A stretch of 63,655 bases of DNA, filler included, from Gemmatimonadota bacterium (GTDB lineage: Bacteria; 4572-55; J002), in NCBI GenBank assembly GCA_003697105.1. It is 6 parts of 6 records of this genome, joined end to end, with 100 filler letters (N's around TTAATTAATTAA, not from the genome) between each part and the next. Parts side by side here need not be neighbours in the genome. Positions count along the whole stretch, not along the records: positions 1 to 17,115 come from RFFQ01000141.1; positions 17,216 to 30,588 come from RFFQ01000143.1; 4 more parts are not named here. One strand, 5' to 3'. Numbering within the stretch: the stretch's first letter is position 1; each line of letters opens with the position of its first letter. A model generated the notes under the pieces. It searched no databases, had not been told where the DNA came from, and was given only the letters and a program-made list of their open reading frames with translations. The translations under genes and the position numbers were made by a program. Shown here in pieces: positions 10,259 through 19,133 of this stretch.

Positions 10259-12104
10259 ACCGGTAGAACCTCTGTTACAGCAATTGAAAACAGCAACCGG
10301 CAAAGAACGTGTCGATGTATTGATCGAACTCTGTGGCGAAACCTATGATGCAGACCCGGTGAAGGGTATGGAATACGCGAAAGAAGCATTCATACTGGCA
10401 AATGACATCGAATATTTGGAGGGGATGGCGAAAAGTTATCACTCCTTGGGATTATGTTACAATACCACTGCCAACTACGTTAAAGCAAAAGATGCATACC
10501 GGAAAGCCGCGGAAATCAATCTCAAAATTAACAATAAAAAAAATCTGGCAAAAAACTACAATAATCTTGCTATTATCTATTATCATCAGGCAGAATATGC
10601 CCAAGCGTTGGAATATGCCTTCAAAGCATTCAATTTAGATGAGGAATTAGGGGAGACCGGTAGCCGGCATACCCATTATAACAATTTAGGGGTAATTTAT
10701 AGCCGGCTAGGGGATACCGATCAGGCACTGGAATATTATCACAAATGTCTGAAACTTGATCTCGAAAGTGGTGATAAACGACGGTTAGCCAAAACCTACA
10801 ACAATATTGCCGTGATTTATGATGAACAAAAAAAATTGGATTTAGCCTTAGAATATCATTGGAAAGCATTTAAACTTCGGGAAGGATTGGGTGACGAACG
10901 CGGAAAAGCGCTCAGTTATACCAACCTCGGCGTGGTTTATGAACAAAAAAACGAATTGGATAAAGCTTATGATTACCAGCAAAACGCCTTAGCGATTTAC
11001 CAACGACTGAACGACCGGGATGGGATGGCAACCGCCTTAGCCAATCTGGGTCAGGTGGAAATCCGGCGGAGACAGTTTGACTCTGCCGAAAAACTCTTGC
11101 AACGTGCTTTAACCATCTCTCGCGAAATTCATACGGTTGATTTGGAAATTGAAGTTTATAAACTGCTATCAGAGTTATATGAGGCACAGGAGGATTACAA
11201 AGCGGCTTTAGCGGCGTATAAAACATACCGCCACTTGGAGAAGGAACTGTTTAACGAGGAAAAAACCAATGCCATCACGGAAATGCGCACCAAATTTGAG
11301 ACCGAACAAAAAGAAAAAGAAGCGGAAATCTACCGCCTGCGTAATGTGGAATTGGCAGAAGCTCTCCGTAATTTAGAAAAGCTAGATCGGGAAAAAAACG
11401 AATTTTTAGGAATTGTTTCCCACGATCTGAAAAACCCACTCACTTATATTTTGGGGATCACACAGTTGGTTTCCGCCTATGGCATGGAAAACTTTTCCCC
11501 AGAGGAACTTCAGGAATTTTTTACCAGGATTGATCGTAGTGGTAAGCGAATGTTTCAGTTGATTACCAATTTACTGGATATCAACCGGTTGGAATCAGGA
11601 AATGTTGAACTTAGTCCAACTTATTTTGACCTCGTGGGGGTCCTAAAAACCGTATTGGAAGAATACCGGACACCGCTAGCCGAAAAACAATTGACCGTTT
11701 TCTCAGAACTGCCCCCCCCACCGGTGAATCTCTATGCCGATAAAAACGCGGTACAGCAAGTTTTGGATAACTTGATCTCCAATGCGATTAAATATTCACC
11801 GAAGCAGAAATCCATTTGTATCCGGTTGTACAAGAGGATGGCGTCATCTGCGGGCCAACCTTTGATCCGGTTAGAAGTGCAAGATGAAGGTTTGGGGCTG
11901 AGTTTGGAAGATAAAAAACAGCTCTTCCAGCGGTTTGCCCGGTTAAGTGCCAAACCCACCGGCGGGGAGCATTCCACCGGCTTGGGCTTGTCTGTCGTCA
12001 AAAAGTTGGTAGATTTGATGGGTGGTCAGGTGTGGGCAGAAAGCGCCGGTAAAAATAAAGGCACCACTTTTATTGTGGAACTTCCCGAAAACCGCTCTCA
12101 ATAG
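10251..12104 (+). CDS. Soluble TPR-repeat sensor histidine kinase
   Basis: About 7 TPRs (NNLAIIY, NNLGVIY, NNIAVIY, TNLGVVY), VSHDLKNPL, NLISNAIKYS, STGLGL. No TM helix or signal peptide. ATG at 10251 follows GAGGAG. Confidence 0.92.
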   Translation: MAKPVEPLLQQLKTATGKERVDVLIELCGETYDADPVKGMEYAKEAFILANDIEYLEGMAKSYHSLGLCYNTTANYVKAKDAYRKAAEINLKINNKKNLAKNYNNLAIIYYHQAEYAQALEYAFKAFNLDEELGETGSRHTHYNNLGVIYSRLGDTDQALEYYHKCLKLDLESGDKRRLAKTYNNIAVIYDEQKKLDLALEYHWKAFKLREGLGDERGKALSYTNLGVVYEQKNELDKAYDYQQNALAIYQRLNDRDGMATALANLGQVEIRRRQFDSAEKLLQRALTISREIHTVDLEIEVYKLLSELYEAQEDYKAALAAYKTYRHLEKELFNEEKTNAITEMRTKFETEQKEKEAEIYRLRNVELAEALRNLEKLDREKNEFLGIVSHDLKNPLTYILGITQLVSAYGMENFSPEELQEFFTRIDRSGKRMFQLITNLLDINRLESGNVELSPTYFDLVGVLKTVLEEYRTPLAEKQLTVFSELPPPPVNLYADKNAVQQVLDNLISNAIKYSPKQKSICIRLYKRMASSAGQPLIRLEVQDEGLGLSLEDKKQLFQRFARLSAKPTGGEHSTGLGLSVVKKLVDLMGGQVWAESAGKNKGTTFIVELPENRSQ

Positions 12105-12106
12105 GA

Positions 12107-13924
12107 ATGTATATGAATTGGTTATTTCCTGCAATTGTTGCGACGTTGATCAGTATATTTATCTTAGCGGTGGTCTATTTTTACTTATACACGATTGACC
12201 GGCAAAAATATTTACTGATTTGGTGCATCGGCTGGGGATTTTATGCGCTCCGGCTTATTTTTATGCTCTTGCTGATTTTGCCACTGGGTCTTGACCCGTA
12301 TTTGCTGGTAGCCAATCAACTTGCCGCCTTGATGAGTGGGGTTTTTTTACTGGGGGGGACATACCGATTTTTAGAACGAAAAATACCCTATTTCTGGGTA
12401 TATTGGGCAATTTTTAGCGGGATATGGGTGCTTTATAGCACCTTTTCCCAACTTGATTTCCGGTATATGACGCTCCCGAATTACACCTTTCTGGGGGCAG
12501 TTTCGTTGTGGACGGGTGTGGTACTGCTCCGCTACTTGGAAAGGGGCGGGCTGGGAACACAGATCACGGGCGGGTCATTTATCCTGTGGGGCTTGCATAA
12601 ATTCAATTACCCGTTTTTGAGACCGGTGGAATGGTTTGCCCCGTGGGGGTATCTGATCGGTGCTACGCTGGCATTGATTGTCGCCATCGGAATGATTCTG
12701 GTCTATTTCCGCAAAACACGCGAAGACCTTCAACGCAGTGAAAGCCGTTACCGGTCTGTCATTGAATCCTTGAGTGAAGGCATCGTGGTGCATGACCTAT
12801 CCGGGAGGGTCATTGCCTGCAACCAGTCCGCGTTGGATATATTGCAGTTTACGAAAACCGAATTAATGAACTGGTCACCCACAGCGTCCCACCGGAAGAT
12901 ATTTCGGGACGATGGTTCCCCATTTCCCCCGGAGGAACATCCCGTTTTATTGACATTACGTACCAAAAAACCGTACCATCAGATGATTATGGGCATTCAG
13001 CGTGACGATGAACGCTTGATTTGGATATCAGTCAATACCCAACCGATCTATGACACTCCGCCAAGCGAATTGAGGGGTGTGGTGGCATCCCTGACCGACA
13101 TCACCCGGCGACGGGCCGCCGAAATGGAACTGCGTCAGCATCAGGAACAACTGGAAGAATTGGTCAAACGGCGTACCCAGGAACTCGAACTCGCCAAAGA
13201 TCGGGCTGAAGCGGCGAATCTGGCAAAAAACGAATTTTTGGAGATTGTGGCACACGATCTGAAAAATCCATTGACCGCAATTGGTATCAATGCCGATCTG
13301 CTACGCGTGATCCTGAAATCGAGGTGGACAGAAGACGTGGCAGACCTGGAACTGTACTTGCAAATCATTACGGATAAAGTCGAGCAGATGAACATCGCGA
13401 TCAAAAATCTGCTGGAATTAGACCGGTTAGAATCCGGGTATTTGCAGTTGCAAAAGGAACGTCTTAATGCGGAAACCATCCTACACCGGTTGGTGATGGA
13501 ATATCGTGAACTTTCCCAACGGAAAAATATTGAAATTGAATATGAAAAACCTGAGATGGAATGTTCCATCTTAGGCGACCAGTATGCCGTTCGCGAAATT
13601 TTTGATAATTTGCTCTCTAATGCGATCAAGTATTCCCCACCCAACAAAAAAATCTATGTTCGGACATCCATTATCAACGGCAGTTATGTGCAAGTGGAAA
13701 TTCAGGATGAAGGGCAGGGATTAACCCCAGAAGACCAGCAGAAGCTATTTAGCAAATTTGCTAAACTCAGTGCCCGACCCACCGGCGGCGAAATCTCTAC
13801 TGGACTCGGACTATCGATTGTTAAAAAATTAGTAGAAGCCCACAATGGCAAGGTGTGGGCGGAAAGTGAAGGTCGTCATAAAGGAACCACTTTTGTCGTT
13901 CGATTACCTCAACTCACACGATAA
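12107..13924 (+). CDS. Membrane-bound (about 7 TM) PAS histidine kinase
   Basis: About 200 aa hydrophobic N-terminus, PAS/PAC, VAHDLKNPL, NLLSNAIKYS, STGLGL. Confidence 0.92.
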   Translation: MYMNWLFPAIVATLISIFILAVVYFYLYTIDRQKYLLIWCIGWGFYALRLIFMLLLILPLGLDPYLLVANQLAALMSGVFLLGGTYRFLERKIPYFWVYWAIFSGIWVLYSTFSQLDFRYMTLPNYTFLGAVSLWTGVVLLRYLERGGLGTQITGGSFILWGLHKFNYPFLRPVEWFAPWGYLIGATLALIVAIGMILVYFRKTREDLQRSESRYRSVIESLSEGIVVHDLSGRVIACNQSALDILQFTKTELMNWSPTASHRKIFRDDGSPFPPEEHPVLLTLRTKKPYHQMIMGIQRDDERLIWISVNTQPIYDTPPSELRGVVASLTDITRRRAAEMELRQHQEQLEELVKRRTQELELAKDRAEAANLAKNEFLEIVAHDLKNPLTAIGINADLLRVILKSRWTEDVADLELYLQIITDKVEQMNIAIKNLLELDRLESGYLQLQKERLNAETILHRLVMEYRELSQRKNIEIEYEKPEMECSILGDQYAVREIFDNLLSNAIKYSPPNKKIYVRTSIINGSYVQVEIQDEGQGLTPEDQQKLFSKFAKLSARPTGGEISTGLGLSIVKKLVEAHNGKVWAESEGRHKGTTFVVRLPQLTR

Positions 13925-13937
13925 GGATGATTGCCCA

Positions 13938-15695
13938 ATGAATGAAAAAATACGCCTGTTAGAAGCCCAACTTCCGGAGCTAATCGGAAAAGAAAAGATA
14001 AATGCACTCAATGAGTTATGTTTTTTTTATGCTACTCGATCCACCGACAAGGCACTCCAATACGGCAGTGATGCCTTACTGCTGGCGCAGGAAGAAAACG
14101 ATCCGGTTGGTGAAGCAGAAGCGCTCTCTAAAAATGGGATTATCTATTTTTATTTAGGTGATTTTGATCAATCACTTCGTTACTTTTTGGATAGCTTAAA
14201 GCGCTACGAAAGCCTGGAGCATAAGTTGGGGATTGCAAAAACCTTACTCTCTATCGGGAACGTTTATAGCCGGCTCTCGAATAATGAATTGGCGCTGGAG
14301 TATTACCAGCAATCGCTTGTCATTTCAGAAGCCCTCAATGACCCCGTGGGGATTGCCTCTTGTTACCAAAATATTGGATTGATACACGATAATCAGGAAG
14401 AATACAACCTTGCTTTAGAGTATTATACGAAAGCATTGCAACTCTCGGAAAAGCTCAATGATACGGAAAAAGTGGCGAAGCTACTCAATAATATCGGGTT
14501 AGTGTATGAACATCTGAGTGATGACCAAAAAGCACTGGAGTATTATCAAAAATCGCTAGAAATTTGTGAGAGCGTGGCAGATAAAGCCGGTTTAGCGTAT
14601 TCATTAGGCACGATAGGTACCATCTACAAACGGGCGGGTCAATCGGGTAAAGCCATTGAGTATTTGGAACGGGGTTTGAAATTGGCGCAAGAACTGAAAG
14701 CTAAAGAATTGAGCCTGAATTTTTACGCCGAACTGACTGAACTATACGCCCAACAAGAAGATTATAAAACCGCTCTGATGTACCAGCAGCAATATCTAGA
14801 AGCGCGAGATGCGGTGTACAACGCCACTCAGAGCCGACAAATTGCTGAAATGCAAGCCAAATACGATGCCGAAAAAAAGAAACGTGAAGCGGAAATTTAC
14901 CGCCTGAAAAATGTAGAATTACAAAAAGAGGTCGACCAGCGGAAGGAAGCAGAAAAAAAACTCCGCCAGATCAATGAAGAACTCACCCAACTCCACCGGG
15001 AAAAAGATGAATTCCTCGGAATGGCGTCACATGACCTCAAAAATCCGTTAACATCGATCTTGGGATTTGTACAACTGATTAATATGCTGGGCGAAAAGTC
15101 GTTGGATAGCCGGACTAAAGGATTTTTGAATAGTATTGAAGAATGTGCGAACCAGATGTTCCGCATTGTCACAAACTTAGTGGATCTAAATCGGATTGAA
15201 TCTGGTAAAATACATTTTCCTTTACGCACATTCGACCTGCGGTTTGCTTTGGTTCAGGTAATCAATCGTTATCAAAGCCAAACGGATGATAAGCAAATTA
15301 CCATGAATTTTGAACTTCCGCATCATAAATGCCTTATCTTAGCCAATGAGGATGCGGTGGATCAAATTTTGGATAATTTGATTTCCAATGCGATTAAATA
15401 TTCCCCGCCGGAAAGCAGTATTTATGTGCGGTTGACCGACACGGGTGAGCATATCCATTGTGAAATAAAAGATGAAGGGCAAGGGCTGACCCCGGAAGAT
15501 AAGAAAAAGATATTTACGAAATTTGCACGGCTAAGTGCCAAACCTACCGGCGGTGAAAATTCGACGGGCTTAGGACTCTCTATTGTGAAACGATTGGTTG
15601 ATCTCATGCACGGTAATGTCTGGGTGGAAAGTGACGGTAAAAATAAAGGATCTGCTTTTATTGTGGAATTTCCGAAACCCTCTCAAGCTCATTAA
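13938..15695 (+). CDS. Soluble TPR-repeat sensor histidine kinase
   Basis: TPR array, ASHDLKNPL, NLISNAIKYS, STGLGL. ATG 13938 preferred because the longer track start overlaps the upstream gene. Confidence 0.92.
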   Translation: MNEKIRLLEAQLPELIGKEKINALNELCFFYATRSTDKALQYGSDALLLAQEENDPVGEAEALSKNGIIYFYLGDFDQSLRYFLDSLKRYESLEHKLGIAKTLLSIGNVYSRLSNNELALEYYQQSLVISEALNDPVGIASCYQNIGLIHDNQEEYNLALEYYTKALQLSEKLNDTEKVAKLLNNIGLVYEHLSDDQKALEYYQKSLEICESVADKAGLAYSLGTIGTIYKRAGQSGKAIEYLERGLKLAQELKAKELSLNFYAELTELYAQQEDYKTALMYQQQYLEARDAVYNATQSRQIAEMQAKYDAEKKKREAEIYRLKNVELQKEVDQRKEAEKKLRQINEELTQLHREKDEFLGMASHDLKNPLTSILGFVQLINMLGEKSLDSRTKGFLNSIEECANQMFRIVTNLVDLNRIESGKIHFPLRTFDLRFALVQVINRYQSQTDDKQITMNFELPHHKCLILANEDAVDQILDNLISNAIKYSPPESSIYVRLTDTGEHIHCEIKDEGQGLTPEDKKKIFTKFARLSAKPTGGENSTGLGLSIVKRLVDLMHGNVWVESDGKNKGSAFIVEFPKPSQAH

Positions 15696-15734
15696 CTAAA
15701 TTTATAACGTATCTACCCGATTGAAGGTAACACG

Positions 15735-16898
15735 ATGAACGTATTGATTATTGAAGATGATACCTATGTCACCCGGTTACTCAAAGATACGATCCGGCGC
15801 GCCGGGCATGATGTAACGGATTGTCTGGATGCTGAAAGTGCTTTAGCGCATTATCAGACAACGTTTTATCCCTTGATTATATCGGATATTGGTCTGCCCG
15901 GTATTGATGGGGTGGGTTTTATCCGGCGAGTGCGGGAAATGCCGAACGGCAAATATAGCTTTATAGTTGTTTCCACCGGAGTTGCTCCCCCTTCGGAGCT
16001 GGCTTTTCTGCTGGAAGCCGGTGCAGATGACTATATTACAAAGCCACTTAATCTGGATATTCTGAAAATTCGGCTGGAAATTGCGTATGCTCAAGCCCAA
16101 CACCGAATCCGGCAGAAGAAAACAGATGAGGATATCCAGCAGGCGCTGACCCATCTGGAAGAGATGAATCGGGAAAAAATCGAGATTTTCAATATGGTCT
16201 CTCATGACCTGAAAGGACCCTTGACCTTCATTTTGGGAATTGTGGATTTTGTGAGCCATTCTTCCCCAGAGGAGTTTTCTAAAGCGAAACTCTATCGCTA
16301 CTTTAGCGATATTCAGAAAAATGGACAACGAATGTTTCAGTTAATGGATCGTCTTCTGAATGTCAATAATTTAGAAACCGGGCGGATCAACTTAAACTAT
16401 GAAGTGTTCGATATCTGCTTCCCTCTTTTGCAAGTTATCGAGATTTACACCCATGACGCCCTCAAAAAGCAGATTCAGATCGATTTTCAGCCCCCACCAG
16501 ACGAGTTTTTAGTCTATGCGGATGAAAGTGCCGTGCAACAAATTCTCGAGAATCTAATCTCCAACGCGATTAAATATTCACCACCGCACACTCAAATTTC
16601 TATCAGTCTGAAGGCGCATAATGAGTACATTATCTGTAAAGTTCAGGATGAAGGACAGGGGTTTGATGCCCACGAGAAAGACCTTATTTTTCACAAATTT
16701 GTCCGGCTCCATCCGGTGGTAGAGGAGACCCGACATTCTGCGGGTTTAGGGTTAGCGATTGTTAAGCGTTTAGCTGAACTCATGGGGGGTCGAGTATGGG
16801 CGGAAAGCCCCGGCCGGGGCAACGGTTCGACCTTTTTTGTTCAACTCCCTAAATCCCACGCACCGCAGAGTTCGGTTACCGCAGCGAGCCATTCGTGA
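15735..16898 (+). CDS. Hybrid REC-histidine kinase
   Basis: VLIIEDD, ISDIGLP, KP, VSHDLKGPL, NLISNAIKYS, AGLGL. Confidence 0.9.
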   Translation: MNVLIIEDDTYVTRLLKDTIRRAGHDVTDCLDAESALAHYQTTFYPLIISDIGLPGIDGVGFIRRVREMPNGKYSFIVVSTGVAPPSELAFLLEAGADDYITKPLNLDILKIRLEIAYAQAQHRIRQKKTDEDIQQALTHLEEMNREKIEIFNMVSHDLKGPLTFILGIVDFVSHSSPEEFSKAKLYRYFSDIQKNGQRMFQLMDRLLNVNNLETGRINLNYEVFDICFPLLQVIEIYTHDALKKQIQIDFQPPPDEFLVYADESAVQQILENLISNAIKYSPPHTQISISLKAHNEYIICKVQDEGQGFDAHEKDLIFHKFVRLHPVVEETRHSAGLGLAIVKRLAELMGGRVWAESPGRGNGSTFFVQLPKSHAPQSSVTAASHS

Positions 16899-16931
16899 AT
16901 GCGAAAACCCCCACCATAATGCGGATTTGGT

Positions 16932-17115
16932 GGATACCCCCCGTAGAGACGTTGCATTGCAACGTCTCTACAGATATCGCCCATCACCATCCCCAAAAAT
17001 TTTGCCAGCGCCTCCAAACCGTGTGGAAAACCGACGCGCTTATCTGGATTCGGTAGGATACCCCCGTAGAGACGTTGCAGTGCAACGTCTCTACAGATAT
17101 CGCCCATCACCATCC
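16932..17115. repeat. Tandem REP-like palindromic repeats (GTAG family), period 123 bp
   Basis: GTAGAGACGTTGCA-T/G-TGCAACGTCTCTAC at 16943-16971 and 17066-17094. Both copies share flanks GGATACCCCC and AGATATCGCCCATCACCATCC. The contig breaks inside the array. Confidence 0.85.
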
Positions 17116-17215
17116 NNNNNNNNNNNNNNNNNNNNNNNNNNNNNNNNNNNNNNNNNNNNTTAATTAATTAANNNNNNNNNNNNNNNNNNNNNNNNNNNNN
17201 NNNNNNNNNNNNNNN
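17116..17215. other. Artificial contig linker
   Basis: N-runs around TTAATTAATTAA, which has stops in all six frames; 100 nt. Confidence 0.98.
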
Positions 17216-17442
17216 AATTAATAGTTTAGCTATCTACACTCATTACTTTTGTTTATTAGTTTATCTGGCAGAAATTGGAGCTTTGTGTGTAATTTTTTAT
17301 CGCAGCCATGTTTTACCGACCAAAACAAAATAAGAAAACGTAACTAACTGATAAATTTACAAATCGCTTATACCACATCACCTAACACTTGAGCAAAATC
17401 AATACTTAAGAAGAAAAAACATCAAAATAGATAAAAATCTAC

Positions 17443-17471
17443 TTGACAAATTACTTTAGATCGAGTATGGT
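17443..17471 (+). promoter_or_regulatory. Sigma70-type promoter of ftsZ
   Basis: TTGACA-17 bp-TATGGT. Confidence 0.6.
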
Positions 17472-17643
17472 AGCTAAAGGTTTTTGAAAAAATTACGTCA
17501 TTAATTAACGTAAAATCAAGCCCTTAATGTAAAATGTGAGCTAAAATAGCCAACGATCAATCTATCGTGGTAGTTGCTAAAAATTAAATAAAGCAGGAAT
17601 TTTAATCCGTTAAGTTTTACACATTACAAGTTGGAGGTGCGCA

Positions 17644-18813
17644 ATGGCGTTGCGGTTAGAATTTGATGATCGCGTTGATCAACACGCTAACATTCGAGTC
17701 ATTGGCGTTGGGGGTGCCGGAGGCAATGCAATCAATTGTATGATTGCATCAGACTTGAAGGGAGTTGATTTTCTGGTAGCAAACACGGATGCACAAGCAT
17801 TAACAGCATCCAAAGCGCAGCACAAGGTACAGATCGGAGCCAAATTAACTCGAGGGTTGGGCGCGGGTGCAAACCCGGAGATTGGGCGAAAAGCGATTGA
17901 AGAAAGCCGCGATCTGGTTAGTGAAGCCCTTTCGGGATCAGACATGGTCTTTGTCACAGCGGGAATGGGTGGCGGTACCGGTACCGGCGCCGCTCCGGTG
18001 ATCGCCGAAATCGCCAAAAGTCAAGGAGCATTAACGGTCGGTGTTGTGACCCGTCCATTCGATTTTGAGGGTCCAAAGCGCCTTCGCTCTTCGGCAGAGG
18101 GAATTGCTGAGATGCGAGAACATGTGGATACCTTGATTACGATCCCCAATGAACGGCTTTTTGAAGTCGTGAGTAAGCAAACGACCTTCACAGAAGCCTT
18201 TGCCATTGCGGATAATGTTTTGCTCAATGCGGTACGCGGTATTTCGGAACTGATCACCCGTCCGGGGTTGGTCAATTTGGATTTTGCCGATGTTCGCACC
18301 ACCATGCAAAATATGGGGCGAGCGCTGATGGGTACAGGCTATGCCACCGGCGAAAATCGAGCCGTAGAAGCCGCCCATATGGCGATCAACAGTCCGCTTC
18401 TGGAAGATACGTCCGTAGAAGGCGCTCGTGCGATTCTGGTCAATATCACCGGGGGACGCGATCTGACCCTACATGATGTGCGCGACGTTAATGCCATTGT
18501 GCAAGATGCTGCCGGACACGAGGCAAATATCATCTTCGGTTCTGTGATTGATGAAGATATGTCTAACGAAATCCGAGTCACCGTCATTGCCACCGGTTTT
18601 GAAGAAATTGCCCACAAAGCCGCCGGCAACGTGATCCCAATGGGAGCACGGAAAAGTCAGGAATTGCCAGATTACGGGAGTGTGGGCGTCATCCGGCGTC
18701 GGGCAAACAGCGGGCATGAAGCAGATGAGTACCAACGCCAACAACGCTCAACAACCAATACCTATGATAAAGGTGATCTGACCATTCCCGCTTACATCCG
18801 CCGCCAAGGATAG
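17644..18813 (+). CDS. ftsZ: Cell division protein FtsZ
   Basis: GVGGAGGNA, tubulin signature [17 protein letters not shown]-terminal core [18 protein letters not shown]. Confidence 0.98.
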   Translation: MALRLEFDDRVDQHANIRVIGVGGAGGNAINCMIASDLKGVDFLVANTDAQALTASKAQHKVQIGAKLTRGLGAGANPEIGRKAIEESRDLVSEALSGSDMVFVTAGMGGGTGTGAAPVIAEIAKSQGALTVGVVTRPFDFEGPKRLRSSAEGIAEMREHVDTLITIPNERLFEVVSKQTTFTEAFAIADNVLLNAVRGISELITRPGLVNLDFADVRTTMQNMGRALMGTGYATGENRAVEAAHMAINSPLLEDTSVEGARAILVNITGGRDLTLHDVRDVNAIVQDAAGHEANIIFGSVIDEDMSNEIRVTVIATGFEEIAHKAAGNVIPMGARKSQELPDYGSVGVIRRRANSGHEADEYQRQQRSTTNTYDKGDLTIPAYIRRQG

Positions 18814-18840
18814 GTACGCGGTAAAAGGCTAACCCCCTGA

Positions 18841-18876
18841 AAACCCACCGGTACGGGATGTACCGGTGGGTTTTTT
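18841..18876 (+). terminator. Rho-independent terminator after ftsZ
   Basis: AAACCCACCGGTAC-GGGAT-GTACCGGTGGGTTT followed by T-run. Confidence 0.9.
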
Positions 18877-19133
18877 ATGTGTGCCCGCAAACACCTAACG
18901 TAAAACATGACGTAATCCACTAAATCGCTTGGAATAAAAAGGAATTAGATACGCCACATATTTTTGCACTCAAAGACGGGACTATTTCATCACGAAACCC
19001 AATGGATCGGATTTTCCCAACAGTTACTCGAAATTAACACAAAGCATAAACAAAAAGATTGCGGTTTGAACGTAGAACACTATATTCTCAGAAAATCGGA
19101 CGCTATCGACAACCCTAACCGGCTATTCCAGTC

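Noticed and set aside
16932-17115. Possible CRISPR array
   Set aside because: Only two units, with a 123-bp period, partly conserved 'spacers', a fully palindromic repeat and no cas genes. A REP array fits better.
16837-17163. ORFs 16837-17163 (+) and 16841-17113 (-)
   Set aside because: They are translations of the REP repeat, and the first runs into Ns.
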